Program-made: the position numbers and the translations under genes | From: a virus | Lineage: Duplodnaviria > Caudoviricetes | IMG/VR virus record: IMGVR_UViG_2690316366_000001 | Span: 1 to 64,000 of that record | Direction: 5' to 3' (one strand) | DNA: 64,000 nucleotides | Notes under the pieces: generated by a model | What the model was told of the DNA's origin: nothing | What the model saw: the letters and a program-made list of their open reading frames with translations, nothing else | Database searches by the model: none | Part shown: positions 27,644 to 38,109 of the stretch, piece by piece | Layout of the letters: each line of letters opens with the position of its first letter | How positions within the stretch are numbered: position 1 is the first letter of the stretch

Positions 27644-28756
27644 TCACTGGAAAGCCCACGACGGGAAATCGGTGTCGCCCCACGTCTCGGCTGGGATCTC
27701 GGGCACCCAGTCTTGGTCGAGGCCAAATTTCTCGACGTAGCGGCGGTAGTTTTTGATGGCGTCCTCGATGTCGACTGCGGCCTGGCGGAAGATCATGCTG
27801 CCGAGATCGAATTCCGCGACAACAGGCTGCGGCGCCCCCGATGCCTTGATGAGCACCCAGACCCACTTCAAAGCGTCCTCGGAATGTGGATCGCGCTCGG
27901 CAGCAGCCAGAGCAGCGAACACAGACTTCAGGAATTCAGGCGGGTAGGGGCAATCGAACACTTTGCCGTCGGCGAAGAGCTTGGCGGCGGCCTTCAACGC
28001 ACGGACGTAGGCCGCGGCCTGAAGGTCGTACCGCATGCGCGAAATCGCCTTCTTTGCCGCATCCCGCAGTCTCTCCTGCAGGAACGGCCGGAAGGATTTC
28101 AGGTCGACCACGGCATGCGAGAGGAGGTGGTCGATCCGGGCTTTGAGTCGGACGCCGTTCTCTTCGTAAAAGATCGAGACTTCAGACGCGCCCGCGGTGA
28201 AGGTGCCATCCTCCATGACGGGCGCCAGCTTCGGCTCCCGCTGCATCCATTCCACGGCGCGCTCAATGTGCTCGATCGCTTCGCGCGGAATGATGGTCTT
28301 GCCGGCGTGCTCGCTTTCGAACCGAGCCATGATCTCGTCCCAGATCGGGATAGCCTGGTCGAATTCGCGGATCGCGGTGGTGACCAACGCCTTGGTGTTG
28401 CCGGTCTTGGTCAGCCCCAGCTTCTTGGCGTGCTCGCGCAGGTGATCCATCGTCACGAGCGCTTTTGGATAGTCGGCCAGTGACGGAGCGATCGGGAAGC
28501 GCTCACAGAGGAACTGCTTTCCCTCGAGCGCGCGGCAGTGAATCGCGCGGCCCCACTTGAGTTGGAACGTTTCTTTTTGCTCGGCGCCGTGCAGGCGGCC
28601 GTGCTGGTATTCGATCGGATCGATCACCAGTTCCTTCAGCTTCGTGGAGCCGAGCGAGGTGTCCTGGTGGTACTTGTCCTCGGGAACTCCGAAGTAGATG
28701 CCAGGCTCAAACCGAACGGCTTCGCCGCTCACCGGCGCGGTGATGATGTCGCTCAT
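27644..28756 (-). CDS. PD-(D/E)XK exonuclease VIII/RecE-like (DUF3799)
   Basis: YH..LGST.LK, GRAIH..LE, KARID, VDLKS, YDLQAAAY. Confidence 0.85.
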   Translation of the reverse strand: MSDIITAPVSGEAVRFEPGIYFGVPEDKYHQDTSLGSTKLKELVIDPIEYQHGRLHGAEQKETFQLKWGRAIHCRALEGKQFLCERFPIAPSLADYPKALVTMDHLREHAKKLGLTKTGNTKALVTTAIREFDQAIPIWDEIMARFESEHAGKTIIPREAIEHIERAVEWMQREPKLAPVMEDGTFTAGASEVSIFYEENGVRLKARIDHLLSHAVVDLKSFRPFLQERLRDAAKKAISRMRYDLQAAAYVRALKAAAKLFADGKVFDCPYPPEFLKSVFAALAAAERDPHSEDALKWVWVLIKASGAPQPVVAEFDLGSMIFRQAAVDIEDAIKNYRRYVEKFGLDQDWVPEIPAETWGDTDFPSWAFQ

Positions 28757-29067
28757 GGCCGGCTCCGCACCGGCTTCGCCGAACGAGCGGCCAGCCATTC
28801 TTTGACGTCCACGGGCGCGCCATCGCGGATCCAAGCGTCAACCTCGTGCACGGACATCCTGATTTCTGCGCCGCTATAGCCGCGGGCCAAGTGAACCAGC
28901 ACGACGATCGAAAAGATCGCGGCCAGCAGCTCGACGAGAAAGGAGCCACCCAACCAGATGCGTGATATCGCGATCGAGCTGACGAGCATCAACCAGAAGA
29001 CGGCTTGCATGAGTAGGGAGAGAAAGCGGTTGGGCCGCTTGGTCTCAACGTGGATTTCGACGGACAT
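28753..29067 (-). CDS. Small two-TM membrane protein
   Basis: Two hydrophobic segments; operonic. Confidence 0.6.
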   Translation of the reverse strand: MSVEIHVETKRPNRFLSLLMQAVFWLMLVSSIAISRIWLGGSFLVELLAAIFSIVVLVHLARGYSGAEIRMSVHEVDAWIRDGAPVDVKEWLAARSAKPVRSRP

Positions 29068-29072
29068 CGCGA

Positions 29073-30425
29073 TCACTCCGCAGCTTGCTGGGCCGCACCG
29101 CGGACGTGGCCGTCTTCGATGACCACTGCGGTTGGCCGGCTGGAATTGACCGTCTCGGCAATGACGAGCAGATCCTGCTCGTCGGCGAGCCGGACAAGAG
29201 CCGCCCAAGACTCGTCGTCCAGCAACGCGGCATGCTTGGTCGTCAGGAAGCGGAGGCGCGGCTGCAGCTTCATCGCGATGGCGACGGCAAGGCTGAGCTT
29301 CTGCGCCTGGCTGGCCTGCGCGAGCGGATGGCCGTCGAGCAGGATGACCCCGTCGCCGAACGACAGGCCGGGCACAGGCATCTCGGCGCGGGCAATCGCT
29401 TCCTGCTTCTCGGTTTCGCGGGCGGCGATCGCCTTGCTGAGGGTGTCCGACCTTTCCTCGAGGGCGGCGGCTTCGCCGGCTAGACGTTCCTTCTCGGTCC
29501 GCGAGCGGGTCGCAGCTGCGACCTTGGCATTCGTGTCGCGGGCTGCCGTGATCTTGGCCTGCAGTTCCTGGGTGTCGACGGTCAGGGGCTCGTCGCCGGC
29601 CTCGCTGATTTCAAGGCGGAGTTCGGCGGCTGCCGTCTCGTCGGCGTCAACCTGATCGGTCAGGGCCACGATCTCCGTCTGGAGTTGGGCGATACGCTGC
29701 CGCGCCGTTTCCGCCGCGGCATCGCGCTCGGCCGCGCGCTGCCGGCGCGCCGCCTGCTCTGATCGGAAGCGCTGCACGGCGCCATTCTTGTCGGCCGCCT
29801 CGGCGAGCTCCCGCACCAGGGCGGCTTCGTCGACTTGCTCGGTTGGGGCGGTCTCGTCGATGACGATTGCATCGGAACGGGTCCGCAATGCCTTGGCGTC
29901 GCGGTTGACCCTCGTCCGCTCGTCGAAGTCGGTATCGTTCGCCTTCGCGATGGCATCGAAGTCGACGCCGGCGACAAACGTCTTGAGGAGGTCGAACTGC
30001 TCCTTCGGCTTCTTGTTAATGAAGTCGAGCGGATCGCAGCTGAGCGCGCCGATCAGGGTGTTCAGGATCTGCTGCGGCTTGTCAGAGCGGAAGCCGTCCT
30101 CGTTCTCGATCGTGAGGCTGGTCGACCAATCGCCGTCATCCTTCTTCTTGATCCGGCGAGTGACGCGATACTTCAGGCCTGTGGCATCGCCGATATCGAC
30201 GATGACCGTGCCCATCTTGGCATCGTCGTGCACGGGATCTGCTGGGATCATCTTCTCACCGCCGAGCGCGGCCCAAAGCGCGTCGATGACGCTGCTCTTT
30301 CCTTGGCGGTTGCGCCCGGTGAGTTCGAGGATGTTCCCGTCTGGCTTGATGCGAACCGCGCGGACACGCAGCATGTTCTCGACATCGAGCGATAGGATCT
30401 TGAGTGGTGTTGCCTGAGCGGTCAT
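29073..30425 (-). CDS. SMC/Rad50-like coiled-coil ATPase
   Basis: GRNRQGKSS Walker A, long coiled coil, ASQAQ signature; Walker B degenerate. Confidence 0.82.
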   Translation of the reverse strand: MTAQATPLKILSLDVENMLRVRAVRIKPDGNILELTGRNRQGKSSVIDALWAALGGEKMIPADPVHDDAKMGTVIVDIGDATGLKYRVTRRIKKKDDGDWSTSLTIENEDGFRSDKPQQILNTLIGALSCDPLDFINKKPKEQFDLLKTFVAGVDFDAIAKANDTDFDERTRVNRDAKALRTRSDAIVIDETAPTEQVDEAALVRELAEAADKNGAVQRFRSEQAARRQRAAERDAAAETARQRIAQLQTEIVALTDQVDADETAAAELRLEISEAGDEPLTVDTQELQAKITAARDTNAKVAAATRSRTEKERLAGEAAALEERSDTLSKAIAARETEKQEAIARAEMPVPGLSFGDGVILLDGHPLAQASQAQKLSLAVAIAMKLQPRLRFLTTKHAALLDDESWAALVRLADEQDLLVIAETVNSSRPTAVVIEDGHVRGAAQQAAE

Positions 30426-30988
30426 GCGAAACCTACGGTGGGAAGCGGGGTTCTGAGGAATTCAGGCTTGCCGGGCGGAAGGCCGGTGCCGTCATCATCT
30501 GGGTCGGCCTGTTTCTGCTCCCGGCGGACGTCGTCGAGGGTGCGTGACCGTGTTGCCTGCGGGCCGGTCGGCGCCGCGACCACAGTGGGCCGCGGCGCCG
30601 TGGTGCCGTCGGTGCGCACCGGGACCGCGCCAATCGGCGCCCCCGCGGGCGCGTGGCGCGCGACATCGACGGCAGACTCGGCCAGCGACTTCATGCTGTC
30701 GCCGACATTGTGAGCTGTCTCGAATAGGCGCTGGGTGTGGGCCTCGAGGAAGGCATTGCGCTGGAGCAATTGTCGAACTTCGGACCGGCTCGCAGTGAGC
30801 TCGGCCAGAAGGTTCGATGCACGATCATCCGCCTGGTCGAGCTCGCGCTTCAGCATCTGGATCTGATCGCGCGCCGTGTTCAATTCATCGACATCGGCCT
30901 GCCATGCATGGCCGATGGTCTCCATATTGGCGCCAAGGCGCGTTAGCACCGTTGGATCGAGCTCGACGCGCCGTTCATGCTTAGCCAT
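30422..30988 (-). CDS. Coiled-coil hypothetical protein
   Basis: Operonic; ATG 30988. Confidence 0.6.
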   Translation of the reverse strand: MAKHERRVELDPTVLTRLGANMETIGHAWQADVDELNTARDQIQMLKRELDQADDRASNLLAELTASRSEVRQLLQRNAFLEAHTQRLFETAHNVGDSMKSLAESAVDVARHAPAGAPIGAVPVRTDGTTAPRPTVVAAPTGPQATRSRTLDDVRREQKQADPDDDGTGLPPGKPEFLRTPLPTVGFA

Positions 30989-31093
30989 GGCCAATCCCCA
31001 TCGCTGGCGCAGCCGTGACGATGCAGCCAAAGATCATTGCCGCGACCACGATGAACGCCGCAACTTCACGCGCGAATGTTCGCACAGCACTCA

Positions 31094-32543
31094 TCACGAG
31101 GTCGGCTCCTTGTTCGGACGATCAGTGACAAAGGCGGCGCCGACGGGGGCGCCAAGCACAAGGCCGACGAGCAGCCCGATGCCAAAGCCCTCAACCGTGT
31201 TGCCGCCGGCGAGCAGGGCAATTACGAAGGCCAGCAGAATTAGAATGATCGCGCGCTCCAGCGTCATGCCGCCACCGCGCTCAAGTCGATAGGGCCGTCG
31301 CGACGCGCGAGTGCGATCGCCGTGGCCAGCCGCGGTTTGACCTGGGAATACGGACGGCCTTCGGCCGGCTTCCACAGGATCTGGAAAGCGCGAGCCTCGA
31401 CTTCGTCGACTGTCCCCTCGAACGTCATGCCGTAGGCGCGAAGGATCACAGCAAAGGCGCCCGTGAGATCGAGGTCGAAGGTGTCCGGCGTGCACCGGGT
31501 CATTCCTGGATGCGCCATGGCTATCCCCAATCCTGATTTTCAGCGGCGAGGGCGGTGTCGAGGCGGTCATCGGCCGCCCCGTCCTCGGGAGTCTCGAGCC
31601 GGAAGCCAAAATCTTCGGGGTTCGCCATCAGCCGCATGACGAAGTCGTCGTAGGCGGCTCGCTCCTCCGGCGGCGCCGCGGCGCGTTCCGCCGCCGGCGC
31701 GAAGATCAGGCGGGTCCAAGTCGGTGGGAGGGATGCCACGATCATGACTCCCCCCGTTCAACTCGATCGAGGCGGTCCAGCAGGGCTTCGAGGAGTTCAA
31801 AGAGGTCGTAAGACGGAGCGCGTGCTCCGCCATGCAGCGGAACGGACTCCGCGCCGCTCACAATGACGGTCGGCCTGCCAGGTTGCTCCCGCGTCTCAAT
31901 CGGTCTGACGCCGAGACGCTCGGCAATCTTGGCGACACCGTGCCAAGGATTGATGGTCTCCGTTTCCAACGCGGCCGGCGAAATGCGCACGATGTATGCT
32001 GGGTTCTCCGTCATGACGGCAGGGCCCTTACTTCAGCGGCAGGCACCGGGAATTGCAGGATCTTCCCGCGCACCTTGGGCGTGGCCGCAGCGTGACGAGC
32101 GGCCATCCGCGCGGCCGCACCAGCCTGAAGCGCGCCAAGCCCCTTGTGCGTGTCGACTGCGAGCCCGGCGATCGCCAGGCGCAATTCGTCGGCCGTAGCG
32201 CCACCGCGCGCGGCAAGCGCTCTCAGCCGCTCAATGGTCTGAATGTGCGCCCGTTCGAGATACCCGGCCCGGAAAGCGAGATCGTCAATGATGGCGGTCG
32301 GGTCGAGGGAGAGATCGGTCATGCCGACGTCTCCTGGACCTTCTTCGCGATCCCAAAGGCCAAGGCGGCTTCCTCGGCGCGGCCGGCCGCCTTCAGCGCG
32401 GACCCGGCATTGAACAGGGCGAGCAGAAGCTCACCGCGGTCGCGCATCGCATCCCAGTAGGCGCGAGTGAAGAAGGTCGCGCAGAGGAGGAAGCCGACCC
32501 CCGTAAAGGCAATAGCGGTGGCGACGTAGCCAAGCTCCGTCAT
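31094..32543 (-). CDS. Run of about six small coupled early genes (31094-31267, 31264-31530, 31521-31745, 31742-32014, 32011-32322, 32319-32543)
   Basis: Consecutive overlapping start/stop codons downstream of the leftward promoter; no families recognised. Confidence 0.6.
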
Positions 32544-32738
32544 GGCCGGCGCTCCTCGCCGCAGACGTCGCAAGCCAGATGAGCCTCCGTGCAGGCGGGG
32601 CACGGCGGCGCGAAGTCGCCTTCGCGGACCAGCACGACTGTGTCGTCACAGCTCGCAATCGGGCAGCGCTGTCCCTCCTCGAGGGCAACCGGATCGGCGA
32701 TTGGTGTCGTGATCTGCAAAACAAGTCTCCCGTGGCAT

Positions 32739-32796
32739 CTGGAATGTAATTCCAGGCGCGGAAACCTGTCAATAAAAAACTGGAAATAAATTCCAG
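32739..32796 (-). promoter_or_regulatory. Leftward early promoter (PL-like) with two 17-bp operators
   Basis: TTGACA (32772-32767)-N18-TACATT; palindromes CTGGAATGTAATTCCAG (32739-32755) and CTGGAAATAAATTCCAG (32780-32796). Confidence 0.8.
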
Positions 32797-32857
32797 ATGA
32801 GATTATCAGTTCGGGCCGACCGCGGCTCAGCGTGGTCGCCGACTAGGAATCCCCCAA

Positions 32858-33481
32858 TTGGACGAACCACTGTTCACCAACATCCCCCGTGACCTGATCA
32901 CCGCTCCGTTTTTCCGACGAGACGGCGAGTTCGGAGAGCGGGAGGCCTGGATTTGGTTGATAGCAGCAGCGGCTGTTCGATGCGGTACAGGCCCGTTCGG
33001 ACGGCCTGTTCAACGGAGCGAAATCGATCTCGATCGCCGGAAGTTGGCGGAGCAGTGGGGGTGGACGTCGCGGCATCTCGACAGTTTTTTGAGTCGTTTG
33101 GCCGGCGTTGGCTTCATGGAGCGAGATGCAGACGTCATCAGAATTGTCGATTTCGACGCGATGACGGTGCCGGAAAGCGACGAGCCCGCCGACACAAGCA
33201 TCGAGCTATCAAGTCCATCGGAATTGCGCGCGATGGGCGTTCGTATGCGTAGCCGCGAGAGCTCGCACATCCCCGCCGCCGTTCGGCGTGAGGTCGTACT
33301 CCGTGACGGGTGGATCTGCCAGTATTGCTACGCAACTGACGGCCCGTTCCATTTCGACCATGTGTTCCCGCGCTCGCGCGGCGGAACTGACACAGCGGCA
33401 AATATCAAAATCGCCTGCGAAACCTGCAATCTGCGTAAGGGCGCTCGTACTCCGGAGGAGTGGCGGGCGGCAACACCATGA
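32858..33481 (+). CDS. HNH endonuclease fused to a replication-initiator-like wHTH
   Basis: EREAWIWLI...LAEQWGW N-terminus; RDGWICQYC...DHVFPRSRGG...NIKIACETCN. Confidence 0.85.
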   Translation: MDEPLFTNIPRDLITAPFFRRDGEFGEREAWIWLIAAAAVRCGTGPFGRPVQRSEIDLDRRKLAEQWGWTSRHLDSFLSRLAGVGFMERDADVIRIVDFDAMTVPESDEPADTSIELSSPSELRAMGVRMRSRESSHIPAAVRREVVLRDGWICQYCYATDGPFHFDHVFPRSRGGTDTAANIKIACETCNLRKGARTPEEWRAATP

Positions 33482-34371
33482 CCGAACCTCTGACTCCCAT
33501 CGACCTGGATCTCCGCGACTTCGGCTTCATGCCTCTGGAGGTCGTTCGGCTCCGCGATTCCGACCTTGCGGCGCTAGCGACAGGCGACGAATTCCGCGCC
33601 GCCGTGTTGCTGTGGTGCGCCGCGTGGCACCAAGTGCCTGCAGCTTCGCTTCCGGCCGACGACCGCCTTTTGGCCAAGTTGGCGGGCTTCGGCCGCGACC
33701 TGAAAGGGTGGAACGGCGTCAAGAAGGAAGCCTTGCGGGGCTTCTTGGAATGCTCGGATGGGCGCCTCTATCATCCTGTAATTGCTGACATTGCGATCGA
33801 AGCCGGCACAAAAAAGAAGAAGCAGTCGGGTAAGACGGCAAAGGCAACGGAGGCTCGGATACGGAAAGCCGAGGAGGCTCGTAACGCTAAACGTGGCGAT
33901 GATCGTGACGATGACCGTGACGGTCAACGTAACGATCACCAAGGGATAGGAAGAGAAAGGAATGGAGAGGAAGGGATAGACCCGCCCGGCCAAGCGGCCG
34001 AGCGCGATCAACAACTCCCTCTCGGTCAGGTCGCCCCTGCAAAGCGCCAAGCGACGAAGCGACGTCCCAATGCCAGAACGGCCATTGATCCCAACTGGCA
34101 TCTACCCGAGGAAGGCCGCGAATACGCGCGGAAGCGGGGCTGGCCGGAACGGCAGATCGATCTCCAGTTTGAGAAATTCAAGAATTTCCATGCGGCCAAG
34201 GGAAACTTGATGGCGGACTGGTTGGCCGCCTGGCGCACCTGGGTCGGTAACGATTACGACCGGCAACCGCCTCGAGGTGGTCCGCCGCAGGCACCGAGCC
34301 GTGCCGACACCGCGATCGAGGGCATGATGGCCGGTCTGACAGAGGGGGATTTCCATGCGCGATCTCGTTGA
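33478..34371 (+). CDS. DUF1376/YdaU-like replication initiator
   Basis: DLRDFGFMPL, LLWCAAWHQVPAASLP.DD, DGRLYHPV; C-terminal DWLAAWRTW; internal iterons. Confidence 0.85.
   Translation: MTEPLTPIDLDLRDFGFMPLEVVRLRDSDLAALATGDEFRAAVLLWCAAWHQVPAASLPADDRLLAKLAGFGRDLKGWNGVKKEALRGFLECSDGRLYHPVIADIAIEAGTKKKKQSGKTAKATEARIRKAEEARNAKRGDDRDDDRDGQRNDHQGIGRERNGEEGIDPPGQAAERDQQLPLGQVAPAKRQATKRRPNARTAIDPNWHLPEEGREYARKRGWPERQIDLQFEKFKNFHAAKGNLMADWLAAWRTWVGNDYDRQPPRGGPPQAPSRADTAIEGMMAGLTEGDFHARSR
33880..33979 (+). repeat. Putative phage ori: five 12-bp iterons plus purine tract
   Basis: CGTAACGCTAAA CGTGGCGATGAT CGTGACGATGAC CGTGACGGTCAA CGTAACGATCAC, then an A/G-rich strand, inside the initiator gene as in lambda O. 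Confidence 0.75.
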
Positions 34372-34927
34372 GCGACCGCGCGGAACGCCGCCGGCGCCGC
34401 CGTCATTTTCGGGTCTCGAGCCAGCCCTGCGCGCAATAGCCGCAGCCCGAGAAGCCACGGCTTTGGCCGATGAGCCGAGCGCTGAACTCCTGGAACAGGT
34501 CGATCGAGCGATCGAGGTGCACCGGAAGAACCGGGCCGTCTTGGAGCAAGCGTTGGCGCCGATACCCGCGGCTGGCACAGTGGTCTATCTGGGCCTGCTG
34601 TTGAAGGCATACCCGAATGCCGGCAGCCAAGACGCAGGCGTGTTCGGCCAGTTCCTGCGCGACGACGTCATGTCGCTGGATCCGTCGTTCGGCGCCGTTG
34701 AGATGGCGTGCCGCAGGTGGCGCCAGAAGTCCAGGTTCCTGCCGGCGATCGCCGAGATGATGGTGGAGGTGAGGGCGGCCCGCGACGAGCTCGCAGGGGT
34801 CGCCGAGTTTGTTGACCGCCTTCCGGCAATCCGCAACGCGATCGCTGCGAAGCTAGACCGCGCTGGCACGCCCGCTCTCAGGGGCAAACCAGACATGCGA
34901 CCTAACGTCAGGGATATCGCCTTGTGA
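34355..34927 (+). CDS. Replication accessory (helicase loader/inhibitor-like) protein
   Basis: Follows the initiator; ACRRWR...FLPAIAE motif; 3' end runs into repeat units. Confidence 0.65.
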   Translation: MRDLVERPRGTPPAPPSFSGLEPALRAIAAAREATALADEPSAELLEQVDRAIEVHRKNRAVLEQALAPIPAAGTVVYLGLLLKAYPNAGSQDAGVFGQFLRDDVMSLDPSFGAVEMACRRWRQKSRFLPAIAEMMVEVRAARDELAGVAEFVDRLPAIRNAIAAKLDRAGTPALRGKPDMRPNVRDIAL

Positions 34928-34941
34928 CCCAAGGCGGACCT
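34868..34941. repeat. Cassette-boundary repeat A (units 2 and 3)
   Basis: Two 28-29-bp units 46 bp apart, matching 37161-37189 and 37207-37234 (shared TGACCC-N4-CGGAC). Confidence 0.65.
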
Positions 34942-35172
34942 CAACTCGGCGGGCATCTCTTCGGCCTTGCGGATCGCGTGCATAAGGCGCAGGGTGCATC
35001 CATAATAAGTGCTGCCACAGCGCTCCTCCTATCAAGCGGTCGCCTTTAGATTTTTTGCAGCCTTAGCTTCGCCGTTCGTCCACACCAGACGATCCGGGTG
35101 CTCTTTTTCCGTCAGTCGTGATAGCGCGAAATCCATCGCGCGAACGATGGTTGTCCTTTTTGGAGGCCAGCG

Positions 35173-36054
35173 ATGCGAACTTCATTTCGATCTATTGTGC
35201 TGTTATTTGCGATTTTGATGACAGGTGATGTTGCCTACGCGGCTGGGTTCAAATGCACAGGCGCGCTTCAGAAAGACGAGAAGGTCGTATGCTCGGACGA
35301 GGACTTATCTCGTCTTGATGACCAGTTAAACTCTGTATACCAGGAGGCCCTTACTGCGAACTTTGAAACAGCTGACAAGGTACGCAGTGACCAACGCGCA
35401 TTTTTAGTTAGCCGCCGCGCCTGCGCCATCAACGCAGGCTGCATGCGCTCGCTATACAGCGCTCGCATAGACGAATTGAGTAGACCGCAGATCTTTGAGC
35501 CTGAAAAGAAGGCTCAGGATTCAACCCTCGCGGCTCAGGCCCAAAAACTTCTTAGCCTTGCGCTGAAGTGCCCAGCCAAGCCCGTTCAAACGGGAGGAGC
35601 GGCTTACAAAAAACTTGAATACGAATCCGTTGGAGATAGTGCGGTCCTCCGCATTAAAGGGATTGTGCATGACTTCCAAGGGTTCAAATTCCCCGGTCAA
35701 AAGATGATGAAAACGGACATCCCGATACCGGGCGTCAACGCCGCTAGCGACGATATGGGTCAGGTGAACTATTCTGCTGGCCTGAAATCAATCGCAGCTA
35801 TTGAAGCCTACAGGTGGGGAGAACTCCGTATTGCTTGCGCGCGAGGAAATAAGTGCATCAAATTCGACAGTGCGTGGGGGCAGGGCAACTGCAAGTCGTT
35901 CGATGGAGCCTCTTGTGGCAACGGAAGAGAATCCAGCGCAAAGGATCAGCTTGAGGAGATGACCCTCGAGGGAATATGTCCATCGCAGGTCAAGAATGCT
36001 GGCGATGCATTAAGCATACTCGTGTCAGCGGCGAAATATGGCCAGACGAAATAG
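35173..36054 (+). CDS. Secreted protein with LprI (DUF1311)-like domain
   Basis: Signal peptide; FKC...EKVVCSDEDLSRLDDQLNSVY...DQRAFL..RRAC...C...YSARIDEL. Confidence 0.8.
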   Translation: MRTSFRSIVLLFAILMTGDVAYAAGFKCTGALQKDEKVVCSDEDLSRLDDQLNSVYQEALTANFETADKVRSDQRAFLVSRRACAINAGCMRSLYSARIDELSRPQIFEPEKKAQDSTLAAQAQKLLSLALKCPAKPVQTGGAAYKKLEYESVGDSAVLRIKGIVHDFQGFKFPGQKMMKTDIPIPGVNAASDDMGQVNYSAGLKSIAAIEAYRWGELRIACARGNKCIKFDSAWGQGNCKSFDGASCGNGRESSAKDQLEEMTLEGICPSQVKNAGDALSILVSAAKYGQTK

Positions 36055-36071
36055 CGAATTGAGGACAGGCG

Positions 36072-36986
36072 ATGGTTAAGCAAACTTATATGCGTCTCGT
36101 TCGAGACGCGATGCCTCTCGTGGCAGCCATAGTGCTCATCTCAGCGGGACCCTCGGCGTACGCAGCGACGTTGAACTGTGTTCCATCGGTTGACGTTGAG
36201 ACGAAGTCGTGCGGCGTCGCCGACCATATCCAGACGTTCGCGCGCGTGACCAATAAGTGTTCCTGCGATGTAAACGTCTCTGTTCAACTACCCGGTGGCG
36301 GAGCGGCAGTGTTCACTGGCGTAAAACGCATGGGAGGTTCCCAACGTGAGATGATCGTGGCCTGCAGTCCCAAGAAAGGTGCGATTGGAGAGTACAAGTA
36401 CGATTTCGCTTGTCCTGAGGGCTCCACGGAATCGAAACCACGCGATCTTTCGAAGCAGCTGCAATCGGCTTCAACGGACGCTCAAGATGCGGCTGCAAAA
36501 AATCGGCAAGATCTCAGTCAACTTAACAAGCAGCACCAGCAAGCGGCCGACAGTGAAATTGCGCGGTACAAAGCAGGAGTGCGCAACTGGTGTGCTTCGC
36601 AGGCGCAGAACTGCGACGCAAAATGCGTCAGTAAGAGCCGCGGGTCACAGAATTACATGAGTGCCTGCGTAAATTTGTGCCGCACGCTTGTGGATGCTTG
36701 CGCATCGGATGATGGGAGCCAAAGCGCCCAGGCGGAAGCACGCATTCGCGCCGCAAATGATAACATGAAGGACGTAGTTGACCAATTGAACAGGCAATCG
36801 GCAGAACAGCGAGCCCGCGAGGAAATGGAGTCCTCCCTACAGGTACAGACCTTCGTCGGTGCGCTTTCGGGGATGGCGAGGGCCTATCAGCGGACCTCCG
36901 GGGGCAATTCTGGCGGCGGAGGGGCCGGAAGGGCCCCGCATGGCGGCGGCAGTGCTTGTGGGCCCGGCAGCGAAGCTTGTCGGTGA
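36072..36986 (+). CDS. Secreted Cys-rich protein
   Basis: Signal peptide (SAYA), multiple Cys, coiled coil, Gly-rich tail. Confidence 0.75.
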   Translation: MVKQTYMRLVRDAMPLVAAIVLISAGPSAYAATLNCVPSVDVETKSCGVADHIQTFARVTNKCSCDVNVSVQLPGGGAAVFTGVKRMGGSQREMIVACSPKKGAIGEYKYDFACPEGSTESKPRDLSKQLQSASTDAQDAAAKNRQDLSQLNKQHQQAADSEIARYKAGVRNWCASQAQNCDAKCVSKSRGSQNYMSACVNLCRTLVDACASDDGSQSAQAEARIRAANDNMKDVVDQLNRQSAEQRAREEMESSLQVQTFVGALSGMARAYQRTSGGNSGGGGAGRAPHGGGSACGPGSEACR

Positions 36987-37115
36987 TCATTCTTATCACG
37001 AAAGCAGTGATTGGGTACGCTCGTTCGGGTGCCTCAAAGAACTTGTTGGTAATCACGCACTCTAATATCGGAATATAGGCCGCCGCTGCTTTCCCAATCG
37101 CAGTCGACCCAAAGG

Positions 37116-37285
37116 AGGTCCGGCTCTGGCCCTTCTCGGAAGTGACGCGCTGGCTACTGAAGGTCCGGTGCCGGGAGTGAAGCGGACGTCGCGATCGCGC
37201 GTTCCGACTTCCGAGTTTGACCCGGAACGGACTTCGTCGCTGGAAAACTACCACTCGGTTTTCGGTCTGCCCCTGAAGCTGAAGT
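37116..37285. repeat. Cassette-boundary repeat B (units 1-2-3 plus a degenerate fourth)
   Basis: AGGTCCGGCTC-TGGCCC-TTCTCGGAAGT; AGGTCCGGTGC-CGGGAGT-GAAGCGGACGT; ACTTCCGAGTT-TGACCC-GGAACGGACTT. Confidence 0.75.
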
Positions 37286-37428
37286 GCACGTAGCCCAGAC
37301 GCGTGCTACGCCGACAAATGGGAAGCGTTCAAGGGTGCACTCTGCAGCTGCCAAGTCACGGCCGCATACGCTGGTGTTTAACGCGCCTGCGGCCTAAGCT
37401 GGCTTGGTGTCGGGGAAGGGATATCAAC

Positions 37429-38109
37429 ATGCGTTTCATTGCGCTTCTAATCGGTGTGTTGCTTTTGAGCAGCAATGCCTGTGCCCAAGAAAAATGTTTT
37501 GATGGTCCAACTCGGAAGCAGGAAAATAACTCTTGGCAAACATGGAACGCAGTAAACAACTGTGGCACATCGGTTACCGTTTACTACACGGTGCAGTCCG
37601 GCAGTACAAAAACCAGTAGCAACTCGGTTGTGCCTGCCTGTGAGAGTGCGCAGGTTGTTCAGACATTCAAATCTGACACGGTCGAGTTCGGAAACATAAT
37701 TGTTCATCCTGGCCCTGGAAAAAAATGCCGCCCCGACGAAAAAGCGAGTGATCAAGTCCCTCAAAAAAGCCAGCCGCAAAAGCAGCACGCCACTCCATCG
37801 AAAACCAGCGCGCCCGCTCTGCGTCCGCCTTCGACACCAAGCGCCCCTGACGCGGGCTCACCAGGACCAAGCACAAGCAGGGCTAACGATGCCTCCGCGA
37901 TGAAGCAATGCTCTTCTCAGTGCGTCCCTGTGTTGGCTAGTGCTAATGACTTATGCCGGACAACAGTTGTTGCCGATTGGTGGAAAGCGAAAGACAAATA
38001 TGGCGATAATTCCCCTCAAGCGTTGGCCGCTCAACAGCTAATTGGCCCGTGCGGAGCCCGTTCAATGGCTTTGGGGAATCAGTGCCTGCAAAGCTGTTTG
38101 GCTCGCTGA
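37429..38109 (+). CDS. Secreted Cys-rich protein with Pro/Ser linker
   Basis: Signal peptide MRFIALLIGVLLLSSNACA; two Cys-containing domains. Confidence 0.75.
   Translation: MRFIALLIGVLLLSSNACAQEKCFDGPTRKQENNSWQTWNAVNNCGTSVTVYYTVQSGSTKTSSNSVVPACESAQVVQTFKSDTVEFGNIIVHPGPGKKCRPDEKASDQVPQKSQPQKQHATPSKTSAPALRPPSTPSAPDAGSPGPSTSRANDASAMKQCSSQCVPVLASANDLCRTTVVADWWKAKDKYGDNSPQALAAQQLIGPCGARSMALGNQCLQSCLAR

Noticed and set aside
37116-37285. Mini-CRISPR, integron attC or dif site
   Set aside because: Units are too divergent with ~17-bp gaps; no RYYYAAC/GTTRRRY ends, no XerD-type arm and no intI nearby.
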